Source: a virus. From it: DNA of 64,000 nucleotides. Shown piece after piece: positions 62,858 to 64,000 of the stretch. Below the pieces are notes generated by a model. That model saw only the letters and a program-made list of their open reading frames with translations, did not search any database and was not told the origin of the DNA. Where the stretch lies: positions 1 through 64,000 of IMG/VR virus record IMGVR_UViG_3300017991_000009; one strand, 5' to 3'. A program made the position numbers and the translations under genes. The stretch's first letter is position 1, and the number at the start of each line of letters is the position of its first letter.

Positions 62858-63924
62858 TGCTCTACTATCTGCCTATCGAACCGCTTGAGGAGAGGTACAC
62901 CGAGCAGTGGTATCGGTGGTTCCCGGAAGAGTTCAAGCGGCAAGGGATTCGCTACCAGACTATCGACGGGGAGACCCTCGTTGATGAGGTTCAGGTAGGG
63001 ACGTTTCTGGACGTGAACTCAACGCTCTATTACAAGGCAGAGCAACTCAGGCGTGTCGCCAAACTCTTTCACCATGGGTTGATCGAGAGTGGTGACAAGT
63101 TCTTTGTGGCGGATGTCGAGTTTTGGGGTATCGAAAGTATCAGGTACCTCGCCACCCTCAACAAGGTGGACGTGGGGATCCTCGGGTTCTGTCACGCAGG
63201 GAGTTACACGGTTGAGGATTTCATGGAACCGTGCGCACCCTTCGCTCACCACTACGAGACCGCTTGGGGATCGGTCTTTGATATGATCTTCGTTGGGAGC
63301 GAGTACCATAAGCGTATGCTGGTGGAAAAGCGGAAGCTGCCCGCTGACAAGCTCATGGTTACCGGCAACCCCTACGATGCGTCAGAAGTGCCTAAGCTGA
63401 ACCTCCCTGTGAACCACACACGGGTCATCCTCACCAATCGCCCTGACCCTGAGAAACGTCCCGAGGTCACACTGAAGGTTTTCGCTCAACTTAAGAAACA
63501 ACACCCCTCTTGGGACTTTCTGGTGACCACTGGCCGCAAACAGTGGGGCTCGGGTGCCGTTAGAAACACCGCCCTTGCCCTGCGGGACCAGGGTGTGATC
63601 ACCATTCACGAAGGTATCTCAAAAGGCGAGTACCTCGAACTGCTAGCAAGTAGCCGCGTCATGACAGGGAACACCATTGAGGAGAACTTCGGGTATTGCG
63701 TCCTGGAGGCCCTTTTGGTTGACACCATCCCTGTTGTGCCGAACGACTTTAGCCACCCTGAACTACTCCAGAATGACGAAAGGTGCCTCTTTGACACTAC
63801 AGGTCGTCAGATGACCTTGATCGAACGTGCAATAGAGGATCCTTTTTCCGTTCTAGGGTATAGTAAGCGGTACGAGGATTCGCTTGCGGCGATAGTGCTA
63901 AGTATCAAGGAGGGCCGACCATGA
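62854..63924 (+). CDS. GT-B glycosyltransferase (phage DNA-modification type)
   Basis: IEPLEERYT.QW, HAGSY..EDF, R.DPEK.P, EENFGY..LEA, P.VPN.FSHPE. Confidence 0.85.
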   Translation: MMLYYLPIEPLEERYTEQWYRWFPEEFKRQGIRYQTIDGETLVDEVQVGTFLDVNSTLYYKAEQLRRVAKLFHHGLIESGDKFFVADVEFWGIESIRYLATLNKVDVGILGFCHAGSYTVEDFMEPCAPFAHHYETAWGSVFDMIFVGSEYHKRMLVEKRKLPADKLMVTGNPYDASEVPKLNLPVNHTRVILTNRPDPEKRPEVTLKVFAQLKKQHPSWDFLVTTGRKQWGSGAVRNTALALRDQGVITIHEGISKGEYLELLASSRVMTGNTIEENFGYCVLEALLVDTIPVVPNDFSHPELLQNDERCLFDTTGRQMTLIERAIEDPFSVLGYSKRYEDSLAAIVLSIKEGRP

Positions 63925-64000
63925 AGTTTTATTTCGTAGCAGGAGCTAACGACTCCGTGAACGTACTGTTGGACGAAAAGGTCCGGTCTATCCTCGTGTC
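63921..64000 (+). CDS. Partial CDS truncated by the window; possibly a TGT-like DpdA
   Basis: ATGA coupling and AAGGAGG RBS; MKFYFVAGANDSVNVLLDEKVRSILV; identity guessed only from context and a TIM-barrel-like first strand. Confidence 0.35.
   Translation, partial: MKFYFVAGANDSVNVLLDEKVRSILV

Noticed and set aside
1-64000. TAG stop-codon reassignment
   Set aside because: Conserved genes are full length in the standard code, and TAG ends many genes directly before the next RBS

Overview
A 64-kb segment of a large, GC-rich, tailed dsDNA phage genome, almost entirely coded on the + strand. No integrase, tRNA, rRNA or CRISPR was seen. Host is probably Gram-negative; Myxococcota/deltaproteobacteria is a tentative inference. 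Gene order: tail/baseplate and fibre genes (1-9.3 kb); holin and spanin-like genes; SF2 helicase and primase-helicase; a structured non-coding region; an early-type operon (MoxR AAA, coiled-coil partner, VWA protein and small ORFs); the replication/recombination block (UDG-fused PolA, UvsY-like, SSB, 5'-3' exonuclease, RecA, SbcCD, ParB-methyltransferase, RuvC-like); KH protein, endolysin and SpeD; a putative small terminase followed by about 9 kb of small accessory genes; large terminase, portal and MuF-like protein; and a 7-deazaguanine DNA-modification cluster that runs off the right edge. The most notable observations: (1) six copies of a covarying, two-state structured intergenic element that mostly runs from stop codon to start codon through the early operon; (2) an interleaved A-B-A'-B' double-long-stem leader before the DNA polymerase; (3) a 25-bp palindrome dispersed five times, four of them on TAG stop codons; (4) a deazaguanine cluster with no QueC in the window, a deacetylase fused to a DpdL-like domain, a cluster-less QueE paralogue, an extra radical SAM enzyme, a PP-loop protein and a glycosyltransferase, which suggests an undescribed guanine hypermodification. 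All calls are made by eye from motifs; no database searches were run.
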